A DNA stretch of 64,000 bases from Camelus ferus (lineage: Eukaryota): contig NC_045696.1 of the NCBI RefSeq assembly GCF_009834535.1, positions 54,438,001 through 54,502,000 of the forward strand. Reading direction: 5' to 3'. The position numbers were made by a program, and so were the translations under genes. Under the pieces are notes generated by a model. The model did not search any database. It was not told the origin of the DNA and was given only the letters and a program-made list of their open reading frames with translations. Below, in pieces: positions 37,840 through 51,370 of the stretch (positions are counted from its first letter, which is position 1; every line of letters begins with the position of its first letter).

Positions 37840-40800
37840 TCCTGACCTCAAGATTTTAATTAGTTGCATCATGAAACTAGTAAGTTGTCTGTATTTTACA
37901 AGTTTGTATTTTTCTTAAATGTAATATTATATCTGTATTTCAAATTTCATGACATTACTTACAATGCAAGAGATTATTCCATTAAAAAAAAAAGCTGACC
38001 ACAATTTGATTCATGTCAGAATGAAATATAACTATATAGAGTTAACTCTCCATATGTTTTAGTACTCTATCAAATTTTGTTAAATTGATCAACTTTTACA
38101 AAATTTGCCATGGGATAGAAAATAATGTATATGTTTAACAATTAAATGATGCTATGACTTTAATAATACTTTTTATGAAAGCCAAAAAAAAAATTGCTTG
38201 TTCAAGGATATCTCTTCCTTAGGATGCAAAGCAAAATTCAACATAGTAGAATCATAGACTATTTATTTTGGTTAATCAAAATCTAAACTCAATTCTTTAA
38301 GTGACTTTCCAGCTTAAATTTGGCCTTGTCACATTAGTAAAGACCTTTTTTCTTTTTTTAAATAAGGTTTATGCCAATATACTAAAAAAAGAAATCCTAA
38401 TTTTCACTAACCTTAATGAAAACTTTTTTTTAGCCTTGCCAGGGTATTTGAATATGTTTTATATACAAACCAACTTTAAAAATATAATACCTCCATTCCT
38501 CTATCATTTGAACCAATATATGTTTCCTCATCATGTTTTACCAATATACTGCTGACTGACAGCTCAGTTAAACTACTTTTTGAGGAAGTAGAATCTTCTT
38601 ATTCCACTCTGTCTCTACTTCACACTTAGCATGTTCAATTACAAGATGCTGGACTCAGTGAAGGTTCAGGGCTTCCTGCAAACCATAACCCAAATACAAT
38701 ATTTGATATTATATTCCTAACATACAATGTATGGCACAGGGACCTAGAAATCCACCAACAATCTCTCTGTCAAACACTTACGTTGCATTATGAGGTTTTC
38801 TGCCATGAGGGGACTGTGAATCTATGGGCTGCGTTCTGCCTGTGAAGCTGTGCTCTCAATCTAAGTAGATGAGCCAGAATCCAATAGAAAGATGTTGCTC
38901 CAGTAAGAAGGCAGATACTGCTGCTTTGGGGGCAGAGCCCTGGGCCAGCCCTCTATCAAATCACAGCACACAGGCAGCTCTCCCAAACCAACCCAGCTCA
39001 CAAATTACTTCTGCTCAAGTAAAATCAGGGAAAAAAAAAAAAAAAGGGAAGTTTCCAAGACTCTAAAGAGGGTGGAATGCTGGCCTCATAGCTTCTTTTC
39101 CAGACACGTATATTATCTTGGACCTACATAAAAATACATACTAAATGCTCTTTTGGGGTTGCTTGACTTTTGTGGGGCTTGGCCAGTCACAAGGGTACGG
39201 GAAAACTGATGACTGGGAAACATTAATTGAGTTGAGCAGCTCTCTTGGTCTCACATCTGATTCTTCAGTTTGTTTTGAGATTCCTAAGTCAACTCTGAGG
39301 ACTCTTACCTGTGTCTAACAGGTGGTTAAGCCAGAGCCAACATTCCTAGGGTAATAGGATTCCTAGGGTAATACTATCAGGGAAAGGCCAATGCAGGCCC
39401 ACCCATGAACCTTCCAGTCCAATTCAAAGCACACTGTTTCAAAAAAGTGATCAGCATGGGAGTGAGAAGTGGTGATTCTAAATGAGACCACTCCATCCAC
39501 TCTCAGTAGTTGGAGAACATCAGTAGACGTGCATAGTAAAACTCACAAGTCCCCATTCCTGAGAACTGGCTGGCACAGAAGGTAGAGAAAAAGGACTCTG
39601 TACAAACACAGACCTATCTCAGTGGGTCTCTGCAATCTGCTTGAGTTTTAGCCAGAATGTGGAGAGTTACTGAAGCCACACGCTTATTTCACAGATTCCC
39701 ACATATCCTGTGGAGTCTGACAGGGACACAAAATTCAGCTGCTACATTACACAGCAACGAATGCTATGATAAGATAGGTAAGTAGGTCCTAGAATGCAGT
39801 TTCTTTAAAAACAAAGAGCCTCCTTGTTTTGAAGAAAGGATTACAGAGAGGGGAAATGGATATTTGCAATTTTTAAAGCTCTGAATCAGAGAGCAACTGT
39901 TTCTTAGAACTCTATTTCTTAGAACTCTGCTGATCAAGTGTCATCACTCTCATATTTATTAGGTAAACGGAATCAAATCCCCTCTGGGGTGGTTAGTGTA
40001 CAAACTTTTCCCTGTACTTCTGGTAGAAGTGACCGATTATGATCTACTTTTAAAATACAAAGTGTTTTCATATATTAGATTCATTACTCTTCCATTACCT
40101 GGATTCTGTCCATTTAAATGAGTCCCTCTTACATCTTTGAGAAGGCTGCTTCTGAAACAAGTCCACAAGCACAGGTTATGCGGCTACTAAGTGCACAGCC
40201 TTGGGTCAGGTACCATTAAGGTAGCTAAACGTTTATAAAGAGTTCTCATAGTAACAACAGAGCTGACTACACTTCCTCAGACCATTTTGACTATAATAAA
40301 TCAAGGTTACCCTCTTTCTGAGTTTCCTCCGAAAGACCATAACCCGCTTCATCCTAATGGAGCTCATTTGCAAATAAAACCTCTGGGTTAAGGCACAGAT
40401 ATTTCCATCATCAACAATTTCCATTTCTCCCTAAGAAGGAAATGGAGAAACTCCCCATTTCAATTAGCTTAAAATTCAAGAACAGTAATACTCTGGCCTT
40501 TTTGCCAAAAAAAAATATAATTCCTCGAAAGCCTGAAGGAAGGGTCTCCTTTTGATCCCCCTTCTGCTTCAGGTCCTCTTCCGAGGTCAGTCTCACCTTT
40601 TTCCCTCTTTTTCCTCCTGCTGAAGAAATGCTCGTGCTCCTTATCCTTATTTGTATACAGTGGATACATTTGTTCCATTGAAAAAAATAAAATACTAAGT
40701 TTTGTTCAGTTTTACTTGTAATTATATTTTTCATGGTTGGAGTGAGAGGACGGTCCCCCTGTGGGCCTAAGGCTATGGCAGCTGAAGTGGGCACAAACAA

Positions 40801-41429
40801 TCCCGCTATATTCCAGGCTGTCAATATGATAGAGTCTATTGATTTTCCTGGCTGAGTTAAGACGAACACCGGGCCTGAAAGATTTCTGAGTATAGCTAGC
40901 CCTAGGCAAGATCGAAAAATAGGAGAGGTTTGTTTGGTGCTCAGTAAAAGGAGACTTCTTACTCTATTTTTCTTTCCAGTTCCCCCTTTGTCTTTAGGAA
41001 ACTATGGTCCTTGTGGTCTCTCTCCTAGATCAAAAGCTCTTCTCAAGAAAGAACCGGTCTATTTCCTCTCCTACAACAATCCTTATTCTCTTTACTCACA
41101 TATGGAAAATAACAGCCCATTTTCTTTTTGTACCTAATTAATACTTTCACTGAGAGTTTTTTTTTTTTTTTTTGAGGCATCTTTATCCATCAGAATACCC
41201 TCCTCCTCTCTCCCCAGTACCCTTTTCTCCATTTGCTTTGTCCACTTTTCACAGACATGTCCCATTGCTCCTTATCCCACCAAACCTACAAGCAACCAAA
41301 ACAGACAAAGCGACCAAACAACAAACACAAGCGTGGGGCCCCTGGTTTCCTCAACCCCAGGAAATGGCCCCTCTCTCCATTTAGCACCCTCTGCAGGCTC
41401 TGAAAGCCATAGTCTACAAACACGGCCTT

Positions 41430-42300
41430 CACCTTCTCCTGTCGTTCATTTCTTACCACTTGCCCATCTGGAGTCTCTACTTTTAAAAGCTGTGTTCTTG
41501 AAAGACTCCAAGAGGCCTCTAACAACCTAACCCAATTGCCTTTGGCAGGCTCTCTCTAATCTCCCTTGAGCATTCATTACTTGCTTTGTCTTTGGTGCTG
41601 TTATCTTTTTCCATGAGATTCTTCTGTCATTGTTCCACCAAATGGCATTTTTATTTACTTCCTAAATATATGTGCCCCCTAAAATATGTAATGTGCCCCA
41701 TTCTGCATTGTGTATAATCTTTTCTTACCGATTTCAAGTATTCCCCTACCTTATCTCTTTGAATATGGGCATGGAATCTGCATCTCTAACCCAACGCATA
41801 CACACACTTCCATCCGTGGTTCTTAATGCCCTTTACAAAAAAATTTACTGTGGTACACAGTCCATTTATCAAACACCCCAAGCTAAAATTTATGATTCCT
41901 GCCTCCTTCTTCTCCTCTTAATGTCTCCTGATCTTCATTTTACCTTCACTATTCCAGGCATCAATTCTAAACTATTGAGCTTTGAATCTCAGATGCTTCC
42001 TTTTCCCCATATTGCCACATTCGATGTGCCACCACAGCATTGGCAATTTATCTGTAAAACAGTTTCCTTTCCATACTAGTATCACTGTAATTGAGACACA
42101 TTTTGTCCCTTACCTGAAAGACTTGGTCTTTTTACTTCTACACACTGCTGACAGATTAATCTTCTTAGAATACAGCTATCATCTTATTATCCCACGCTTA
42201 AAAACCATCATTAGCCACTCACTACTTTCAATTATATCCTAATTACTTTACCTGACACTTAAGACCCTACATGACATAGAATTGAAGCAGCATGACCACA
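41430..42300 (+). mobile_element. LINE-2 remnant
   Basis: aaacaccccaagctaaaatttatgattcc; cacactgctgacagattaatcttcttagaatacagct; ttacctgacacttaagaccctacatg. Confidence 0.55.
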
Positions 42301-44748
42301 ATTCCAGCTAAATAAAACTACAGGTTCTTTCCAAAAAAAAAAAAAAAAGACCTAGCATTTTCTTAATCACAATGGCTTTGCTGTTATTATGGACACCTAT
42401 GAAACACCGCTTCCAAGTCCACTTAAGGAAGTGATTTTCATCATTTGGGGTCAAGCTAAATACCAGCTTTTTCATAACAGCCTCTCTATACTTCAAAATT
42501 GGATGGGATTGCTCCTTCTGAGCCACTGAAATATTTGCATGGTCCCTCATGTCAGTTACTTTGAAATAACAGAAGTTAAAGTGGAAAACTGTAAACATAC
42601 TCATGAGGAATTATCTTACTTTTTGCTTAAAAAATGCCCTGGCTTATTTAAAGTATGGCTTTAGTGCACTTCATAGCATACAGCACAGAAATAGTTCTCA
42701 AAAAGCATAGGAGACACAATAAATATTTTGTTGGTTTGTACTTAATTATCTTAATAAAATGTCATGATTAGGTTGAACCAACATTATCTTTCAGGACATT
42801 TACATTGAAGCCTTCTTTCTAATGATGCAAAGGACTAGTAGTCTTTTCTTAAATAAGTGACTTTTATTAAGTGAGTTGGGAAGTTACTCTGTTACTGCCT
42901 TGTTTTCAGTGTGCAAAGGGGCTCTCTCTGTGCTGCTAAATGCACCCTAGCTTCTCTCTTCTCTTGGGCTTAAGGCAAGCACTATTTTTAGTTAAGTAGT
43001 TTTGGGGAAAGCTCTCCCAAAGATGTTCACCTTGAACATGTCCAGCATGCAACAGCCATCACAAGATTGCCACATATGATACCAGCAGGATGCCAATAGG
43101 TAGACTAATCTGTCGGTTCCAAATGAAATACGTGACTGATTCAAGCTGAGCCCAAATTCATTGTCAGCAAGTCATCAGTTAACTCCAAGAGAAATGAGGG
43201 GATCTGCTTCTTCCATTTTCTATAACCCATTATTAGTCTATTTTAGTGTACGTTGCTTGGACTGACTTAAATTGCGTGTGTGTGTGCACACGCATGCATG
43301 CAGGCTGAAGACAGGTTGCCTAAATCATACTTCAAATGAGATTAGAAAGTACTGTAATTATTTTGCTCATGTAGAAATATTCAGAGAGCATCTGACTCCT
43401 TGTAAACAATGCAGTTTGGGGGACTTAACAGAGGCCATAGTTCTTCTTCACTAATTAGCACCTCATTAAGCTATCCTAATACTAAAACTCTTGTTAATGC
43501 AGAGGCTGCTGAAGAAAACAACAAAGAAATGCCCCTAATAATAGTATCTTCAGAATACTTGCCTCTGGTTACACTCTTCTCTCATCACGTTAGTTTCAAA
43601 ACACTGCCAGGACCACAGGGCATACTTTTCTTCCCATTTTGCCCTGTACAGAGCCACTGCATATTTAAATCTGAAATGTACCACCCTGCATGCTGATTTA
43701 ATGCAGAAAAAGGAAGAGCTGCAATCAGGAATCTAAGTCCCTCTAAGAGCATGTGAGGCAGAGAAAGAAAAGGGAAAGTCTCTAGGGGAAGACAAGCTCG
43801 TGCACCTTGAGTTCCCAGGCTGCTGCGGTAGGTTTCAGGTTCCGCATCCATGTGTGAGAAGGGCAGTGGGTTTTAGGCTAAGCAACACTACATCACAATA
43901 GATGAAAATCAGCAACTGCCATTTCTCTGTGGAAAGCAACCTGTCAACAGTGCCAGATGACTTTATTTTTACTTTTTTAAGCAGATGGACTGTGACATTT
44001 TGTACCAACTTGGGCCAGGTCTCTTGGATAAGTGCTTTACATTCATCTGACTAAAAGCCCAATGACAGAGATGAAGTGACCATACTTCAGGGAAATGAGT
44101 GCCTAGGGGCAGGGGGTGGGTCTAAGAATGAAATAGAGGGTAAGGACAAGAAAAAGCAGGAGGAGACGTGGCAGGTGGCTCTTGTGTTGAGCCAGGTATT
44201 GGACTGTGCGGGACCTGATAAAATGGCATCGGAGACCCCTTTAGCCTCTTCCCTTCATGACATGATGTAGGAAATGTGTGTGCTGGAGGGACCTGAGCAG
44301 AGCTCAGTCGACCCGAGTTATGGAATCCTTATGTTTCCAGCTAATATAAAAGACAGCTCCAGCAGCAGGGAAGGCACAGGAAGGAAATTAGCATTTATCT
44401 ACTCGGTGAGTCTGTGTGTCCTTGTTTCAAATACTGTACTCACTGTTTTAGATTGATTTGATTTTCATCACAACACTAAGAGGTCAGGATTAAGACAAGC
44501 AGCTGAGACTCCCCATCATAAGCAGTCACATTTTTAGGGGACCCAGGGAGAAGAGATGAGTCGCCTGCATCCCTGCCAAGGGAAGGGAATGTGCGGGGGG
44601 ACGCCGGTGTTCAGGGAGTCTGCTCTGAGAGGTCAGAAACGAAGAGCTACTTGTGCTTCCCTGCTCCCCAAGGTGGGAGGGGGCTGGAGAAACAAATGTC
44701 ATGTGAAATTTGTTTAAAATCAGAACTAAAGTTCAAAAGTACCAGGGT

Positions 44749-44894
44749 ATTGTTCAATGTCTTGTAAATAACATATAATGGAAAAAAATCTGAAAAGAAA
44801 ATATATACGTATATTTATGTATAACTGAAACACTTTGCTGTGCACCTGAAACTAACATTGTAAGTCAACTACACTTCAATAAAAATTATTTTAA
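44749..44894 (+). mobile_element. Short LINE-1 3' end insertion with 14-bp TSD
   Basis: tgtataactgaaacactttgctgtgcacctgaaactaacattgtaagtcaactacacttcaataaaaa. Flanked by identical aaaagtaccagggt at 44735-44748 and 44895-44908. Confidence 0.93.
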
Positions 44895-45709
44895 AAAAGT
44901 ACCAGGGTGACTCTGCTTCTCCTCACTAAAACATAACCAGAGTATATGATATTCAGGACTGTGTCTATTATATCTGAGGTCCAGCACAACGTTACACACA
45001 GAAGCCTATGTGCTGTGTATCAAAATAATACCATCATATCCTCCTAGAAGGCCAGGTCTCCATTTCGCATCCTCAGCTTCTTGAAGTTCTGTGTCTGAGG
45101 AAGGTGGAGGAGCTGGAAGAGAGGCCCTGACCACTGGTCCTTGCCTGGTCTGAGTTCTCTGCCTCTCGTCCTGCACTGGCCTCAGTTCTATGGAGCATTT
45201 GGATGGGCCCCTGATCCTCATGTTCAGGCTCTCTGACAGCCCCTGAAAACTTTGCTTGGCCCACCCTTTCAAGGACAGCCAGGAAGATGCCAATGCAGAC
45301 ACAGGAGACAGGTCTGAGATTCTCTGGTCAGGAGTTCTGGGTTGCCAGGTGTACAGGGTAGCAGAGGGTACTCTGCACCCTACAAGGAGGGATGTGACCA
45401 TGGAGGATCAGGAGGAGAAGAGGGGACCCAGCATGGGGCTCCTCTTCCCCTGGTCTAGGGAAGAACGCATAAGATTGTTAATCCACCACTGGCAACCAGA
45501 TAGGACACACAATCAGAAGACTGCTCAGTTAAGAACTCTCTGAACTTCTAGAAACACTGCCTGGAACAGCAGAATTTTACACTGATGCCATACGTTGAGA
45601 AGACAGTGTCACACATCATAGACATACATCATATTATTCTTGTCAACAGAGAAGACACTCACTCAGGGATAGAAAATAAGTTTCACCAAATAAATCCAGG
45701 AAAATACCT

Positions 45710-45925
45710 TTTGAAGTCAAGTAATCTGAAATCAAATCTGCTGCTCACCATTTACTTGTGCAATTTGAGGTGAACGACTTAATTTTAGGAGTTCCAGTTT
45801 CCACAGCTCTAAAAATTAGGACAATTGCTACTTATTTCTAAGGTTGTTGAGAGGATGAGATTAGCTATTCTGTACAAATACAGCCACCCCTGTGTTTGAA
45901 TGTAAGTAGATACTTAATAAATAAT
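45710..45925 (+). mobile_element. MIR SINE
   Basis: tcaaatctgctgctcaccatttacttgtg...aaggttgttgagaggat...tagatacttaataaat. Confidence 0.7.
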
Positions 45926-48834
45926 TTCTTTCCCTCCCTCTCACCCTATTTTCTTAAGCTACATTTCCTAGAAAGCCCTTCTACTTAAGTGATAAAAATA
46001 GTTTCATTCTAAGATTCTTGAGGGTTGACAGTACACATTTTGTATCTATGCAATTAACTTTTCAATTAAGAAAAAAACTATTTTTCTGTGTTTATTGCCA
46101 TATACTTACTTATTCTTGTCTCCTCTTGTTGATCACTCCCTTACTAAAATAGATATAAACATAAGTGCAAACTAAAACTACACACTGAACCAAAGTTGCA
46201 CAAATTAAAAATTATTCATTGTACAGGTGACACTAGAATATTCCTCAACTGTTTTCTGTACCTTTCCCCTGTCATTTTCTCCTTCTCCTCTCTCACCACA
46301 TTTTTATCACTTCTAACTACAGAAAGAGAACAAATTCATTTAATGTTGGGAAAGAGAAAATGGGAAATGATATGACCATGGCCAGAGGCCACACAGAGAG
46401 CTAGATGGGGAAACATGAGGCAAATCGGTGTCACCTGGGTGGCCCTGCCCCTGCCCCATGTGACATCACCACCCCCCTGGAGATGAGGTGCCTATTTCAC
46501 TCGTCTTGTGGAATACACATTTAGAATCACGAGTCTCATCGCTCAATACAAAGGGACAAAATGCTATGGCTTCTCTTTGATCCTTGAAAGTGTAAATCAA
46601 CAATTCTTTAGGCTCCCGTACAAAGGAAAATTAAAATCCAAAATCTTGGCCTCCCTAGACCCTTTAACTTCTCTACCATACAAATCAATGTTTCATATTC
46701 ATCTGGGAACCCGAACCATTTTTTTATGGGATATGCATTGTGCACTTTCAGGCTGTTAAGCTTCAGTTCGGCTTGAGTGATGCTATGCTGCTCATGCATA
46801 AAGACATGAGACTGGGTAGCGGAGAGCTACAGATACAGCGCCCAGGCTAAAATGCACACGCAGCTCAGCCACTGCTGCTCCCTACACCTCTCCCAGAGGA
46901 AATGGCAATTGACACAGACCTGCCACGTGAGAGGTAAGGGAAGCGAAAAGAAACCTTGTTCACAAGTTCACCTGGGGATAAACAAGAGATAATCACACAC
47001 AAGAAACAAATTGGGGGAGCGGTCAGCAAGAACTAAAAAGCAAAATGGACAAAAAACAGGCATCAACAGACATTTAAATGTAAAAGGAAAAGGCCCAGGG
47101 AGAAATCTCAGTTGTAAAAAGTACAACAGGGTCACAGACACAGTCATCTTTCAGAAGAAGGGGTGATGGCCAGTGAATACCACAAGGATGAGGTAATTAG
47201 AAACACAGGAAAAAATAAATAAAAGGAAGAGACAAGGAATTTCACACTAGGTGGAGACTGGGGAGGAAGGAGGATTTGTCCCTTGCCATCCTGAAGGGAT
47301 GGAATCCAACTCCCATGGACACCAAGTGGACAAGGGGGAGAGGTAGAGACCGAATTAGAGAGAGAGAGGAGGCAGCTGCTGCTGAAGACAATATTATTTC
47401 TCTCTCTCTTGCATGCAGACACACACATACACATATATACACACACACTGCAGCAACATTCACGTGCTAGCTGGTGAAAGTTGTAATCAGCAAGGGTATT
47501 TCTGCCCGAATGGCTTGTAGGGTGTGATTACTGAATTAAATCTAATGAGAGAGAGAAAAGAGGCAGATCATAGGACAGAGTGAATTACAGTGTGGGTCTC
47601 TGAAAATTACAGGAGGTGTGCACCTTGGCAGTATGAAAAGACAGAAGTACGTGGTCCTTCCTCCTTCCATTTTTCGTGATACATGGATATGCCCGGCAGA
47701 CACTCCCCTCTCAGCCACACAGAATTCCAGGAAGAACGGTTCCCAAGTGACTTCTCAGAATCCACATCTGGACTGTGCTTACTGCCTTTGATGTTAGCTG
47801 AGGCGCAGAGCTGGAAAAAGTCTGGATTGGTTGCAAAGAAATCAGATTACGACCAGAGACTATTTAAAGACCTAGGAAATACATTTCTCAGCATTGGTCT
47901 TGAATTTCTTCAAGCCTGGAGCTTGGCATCAGCTTAGCCTGTGATGTGGTGGGGCGCTGACAAGCTTTTGCAAGCTGGGGTATTTTCTAATCTATCTGTA
48001 AAAGTAGGTTAGGCAGTTTCTGGGAATGGAAGGAAGTGAGTAGATTAGGGATTAGATTCTCTTTTCTCTTTCCTTTCCTCCTTTCCTTTTTCACCCATTC
48101 TGACTGGCATTTGAAACACACTTACCCTCATTTACTTCTATCCTTGTAGAGCAACTTGATGTCATTTAGTTTGATTTAGCCTGTTTAGCTCAATAAATTA
48201 ACTGGTTAATAGAACATCTGTATGCATCCAGTGACAGGAACGCTCGTGGGCACGTCATCAGACCACGGCACGTGCACACACAGACTCACAGCACTCATGG
48301 TAAAGACGACTGTGTGGGCTGGCATGCAAATAGTTCAGCTCACCCTCTATGTGACAGCTAAGATGAGGTTTTCCTGTTTCATCTCTGCATTGCAGCTCTG
48401 CCCTTCACATTCAAAGTTCTGCTTGGTAGAGTTCACAGGCCACGGCAGTTCAGGAATTCATTTCCATAATTATCTTTTTAACTTCCTCATTATAAAAGGC
48501 ATCATCCCTGGATGGCAAAAAGCCAACCTGCTGACCCCAAGAGGACAGTGCTCCACACAGACACCCACGTCAGCACGTGATTCTTTTGTCTTCTTCTGTA
48601 TCACATCAGCCAGACGCAGGGATGCCGCACGGGCTGTAAAACGGGATCACTCATGAAATAACAAGGTGAAATCACGATCCTAGGTCACGGAGGCATCATG
48701 GTGCTACGAGTAGGATGTGGCATTGTTTGTGACTTAACCTTAAATTTGAGTCCCCAATACAAACTTACCAACCCTGTCACCATGAGAAAGTTCAGGTGAC
48801 TAGACTGAACCTCAGTTTATTCCTTTACTAATGC

Positions 48835-49255
48835 ACCCACGTGTCGGGAGGGCAGCGGACTTCAACTCTATAGAGACGTAAGCTCTTACACAGGGGGCCC
48901 TTCTAGATCTCACTCCGTGTACCTCTTCATCTGACTGCTCATTGTAGCCTTTATAATGAACGAGTAAACATGAGTAAAATACCCTTCTGAGTTCTGTGAG
49001 CTGTTTTAGCAAATTATTGGACATGAGGAGAAGGTCATGGAACTCCAGATCACAGCCAGTCAGCAAGAAGTAGGGGAGGCCAGAGCTTGTGACTGGTGTC
49101 CTTGGTGAGGGGCGGTCTTGTGAGAATGAACGCTTTAACTTGGGAGATCTAATTCCAAGTAAACAGTGTTTGAACTGCACTTAATTTTTGGACACTGGGT
49201 TAGTGTCCAGAGAACTAGAGAATTGGTTGTTGGTTTTGGAAAACACCCCACATCA
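48835..49255 (+). mobile_element. MER21-like endogenous retrovirus LTR fragment
   Basis: gtgtcgggagggcagc...cccttctagatctcactccgtgtacctcttcatctgactgctcattgtagcctttataat...ctgagttctgtgagctgttttagcaaattatt matches the recalled MER21 consensus. Confidence 0.8.
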
Positions 49256-49769
49256 CAACACATTTGTGAGGGAGCTAAGAGTTGTTACCTCCATTTATCA
49301 AATGAGTATATTAAGGCTCTCAGTGGATGATTCATAGACCAAGGTCCATTTTAGATTGGAGACTTCAAACCTCTTCATTGGACAACTGATGTGGAATATG
49401 TTAGATGACATCACATCAACTCTTCAATAAGCTATCATGAAATAATGGATCTACATCACTCTATTGTGATCATTACCTATGTAAACAAAGGAATGGTGAG
49501 TGGCAAAAATGGAGATGATTGGGACAGACTTTGTAGAGAAGGGCCTTGAACTATCAATACAAGGAGGCAAAAAAATGTTATGTGAAGAACAGTGTAAACA
49601 CACTTGCTTAAGCAAACCAGGGCCAAACCAGTAGGTATCAGACATGAGCTTAGAGGAAGGAGAGGCAGGGCACTGGGTTTCTGTGACTGCACTGTGCTCA
49701 GATGTTTGTATTTGGTAAGTCAGACAACTAAAAGTCCCTGCAGAGCCATTCATGTTCCTTTCATGCAAT

Positions 49770-50290
49770 CATTTACTTCCACACTCGCTTGTCCACCCAT
49801 TCTTAGATTAACCAGTTGTTATTATGTACCAGACATGTTCCTAGATGTTGTGCTTACGAGGAAAAGTAACAGACAGTCCAGAACACAGGAATTTAAGGGG
49901 CAGTCAAGTGACAAACATGTACATGGTATTATTTAACTGATCCTGAAGATGCAGGGGTAAGGGCTGACCAACCATGGAGTGACCTGGGAAGGCTTCAGAG
50001 AAGAGTCAGCATTTGTTCCAGGTCTCAGAAGACAACTGGAAGTGCTCTGGGGGCCAGTGCTATGATCGTGGGTAAGTAGTTTGGAATGGACAGAACTTCG
50101 GGGAACAAGGGCCACTTAGACCCATTACTATAACTCAGAAGTGAAGTGATTAGAGCCTATGGTAGAGTTATGGCTGTGGAAATGAATTTTAAAGGGGGAG
50201 ATCAGTAACATTTAGTAACTGATTAGATTTGGAGGTCAAAGAAAAGGGAGCAATTGCATAAATTTACGATGATGAGACTGGGGCACTGAG
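49770..50290 (-). mobile_element. LINE-2 remnant
   Basis: tatgtaccagacatgttcctagatg; ctgggaaggcttcagagaaga; ttagtaactgattagatttgg. Confidence 0.6.
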
Positions 50291-50669
50291 GGGATCATAG
50301 TGAATCATTAATAATTAGGAGACGGGGAAGGATTGTCATGCTGCTTCTCAGTGGATGGCCCTTCTCCCCATCCAGAAAAGAGCTCCCAGATCTTAAAAGC
50401 CACAGAATAATTTTGGCCTTAATCCATCCCTCCTGAATACAATTAATGGGCAAGGGGACAAGGGGAGACTGAAGGAGAACATGAGCTGGCCCCTGTCGGG
50501 CACTCAATCTGTGTCTGTTCAATGGAATTTGGTCTGAGAGGTGTGAGAGGCAAGGACATCATGGATAACAAGCCAGAAGGAATTCCAAACAGCAGCACCA
50601 CAAGGTGGCCAAATGCAGAGACTGTGGACCTATGAGACCATCTGGGGTGGCTTCTGAGCTCCCTCAGGA

Positions 50670-50860
50670 AGTGGGAAATTTAGGACAAGTGACTCTCCCT
50701 CGTTCTGTCTCAGTATCCTTGTTTGTAAATTGGAATGCCCAGTGCTCTTCACAGTATGGGATATTGTGAGAATCCAGTGAGTTAGTGAAATACTTCAATG
50801 ACTTTAGGAGACATTTACAGCGATTACAACAGCATTTGGGACACATGAAGTGTTCACAAA
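50670..50860 (+). mobile_element. MIR SINE
   Basis: ggacaagtgact...tctgtctcagtatccttgtttgtaaattgg...tattgtgagaatccagtgagttag. Confidence 0.75.
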
Positions 50861-51192
50861 GTTCTGCTGTTTTAAACACTCACTGAGGAGCATACTGTTA
50901 AAGGCAAGGTAGAGATCAAAAACAAAAGTCAGAATGCAAGCTGAATACAAGGACCAGATACTATTTTCAAGAAAGCCATTCCAGGGAGGGCATGAAATGG
51001 AAGCGTGTTTTTCTGGAGTCAAGATGGAAGGAGACAATGAACTAAATGAAACATCAAGCAGACAACTTGCAAATCAAGCCCTGAAGCTAGGACAGGATTC
51101 ACAAGAACAGGGGAGCTGAAAATGTTGACACTGGCTCAAAGTATTTACAAAAAAGTGGCAAAGTTCTTTGAAAAAAAAACTCACTGGAAAAA

Positions 51193-51370
51193 GTACTAAC
51201 ACTACTGCTATTACTACTACTGCCACTACCATTATTAGCATTATTACTATTATTACGACTAATGGTATTATTACTATAGCTACTGCTAATGGTATTGTTA
51301 CTATTACTGCTACTACCACTACTAATACTAATGAGTATTGTTACTATTACTGTTGTTATTATTATTAATA
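51193..51370. repeat. Degenerate (ACT/ATT)n trinucleotide repeat
   Basis: About 180 bp of phased tac/tat/tgc triplets; creates overlapping low-complexity ORFs on both strands. Confidence 0.9.

Noticed and set aside
40411..40869. Longest ORF (152 aa)
   Set aside because: No recognisable homology, crosses homopolymer runs, and its length is compatible with chance in 64 kb.
45006..45440. GC-richer block with overlapping ORFs
   Set aside because: No protein or repeat family recognised with confidence.
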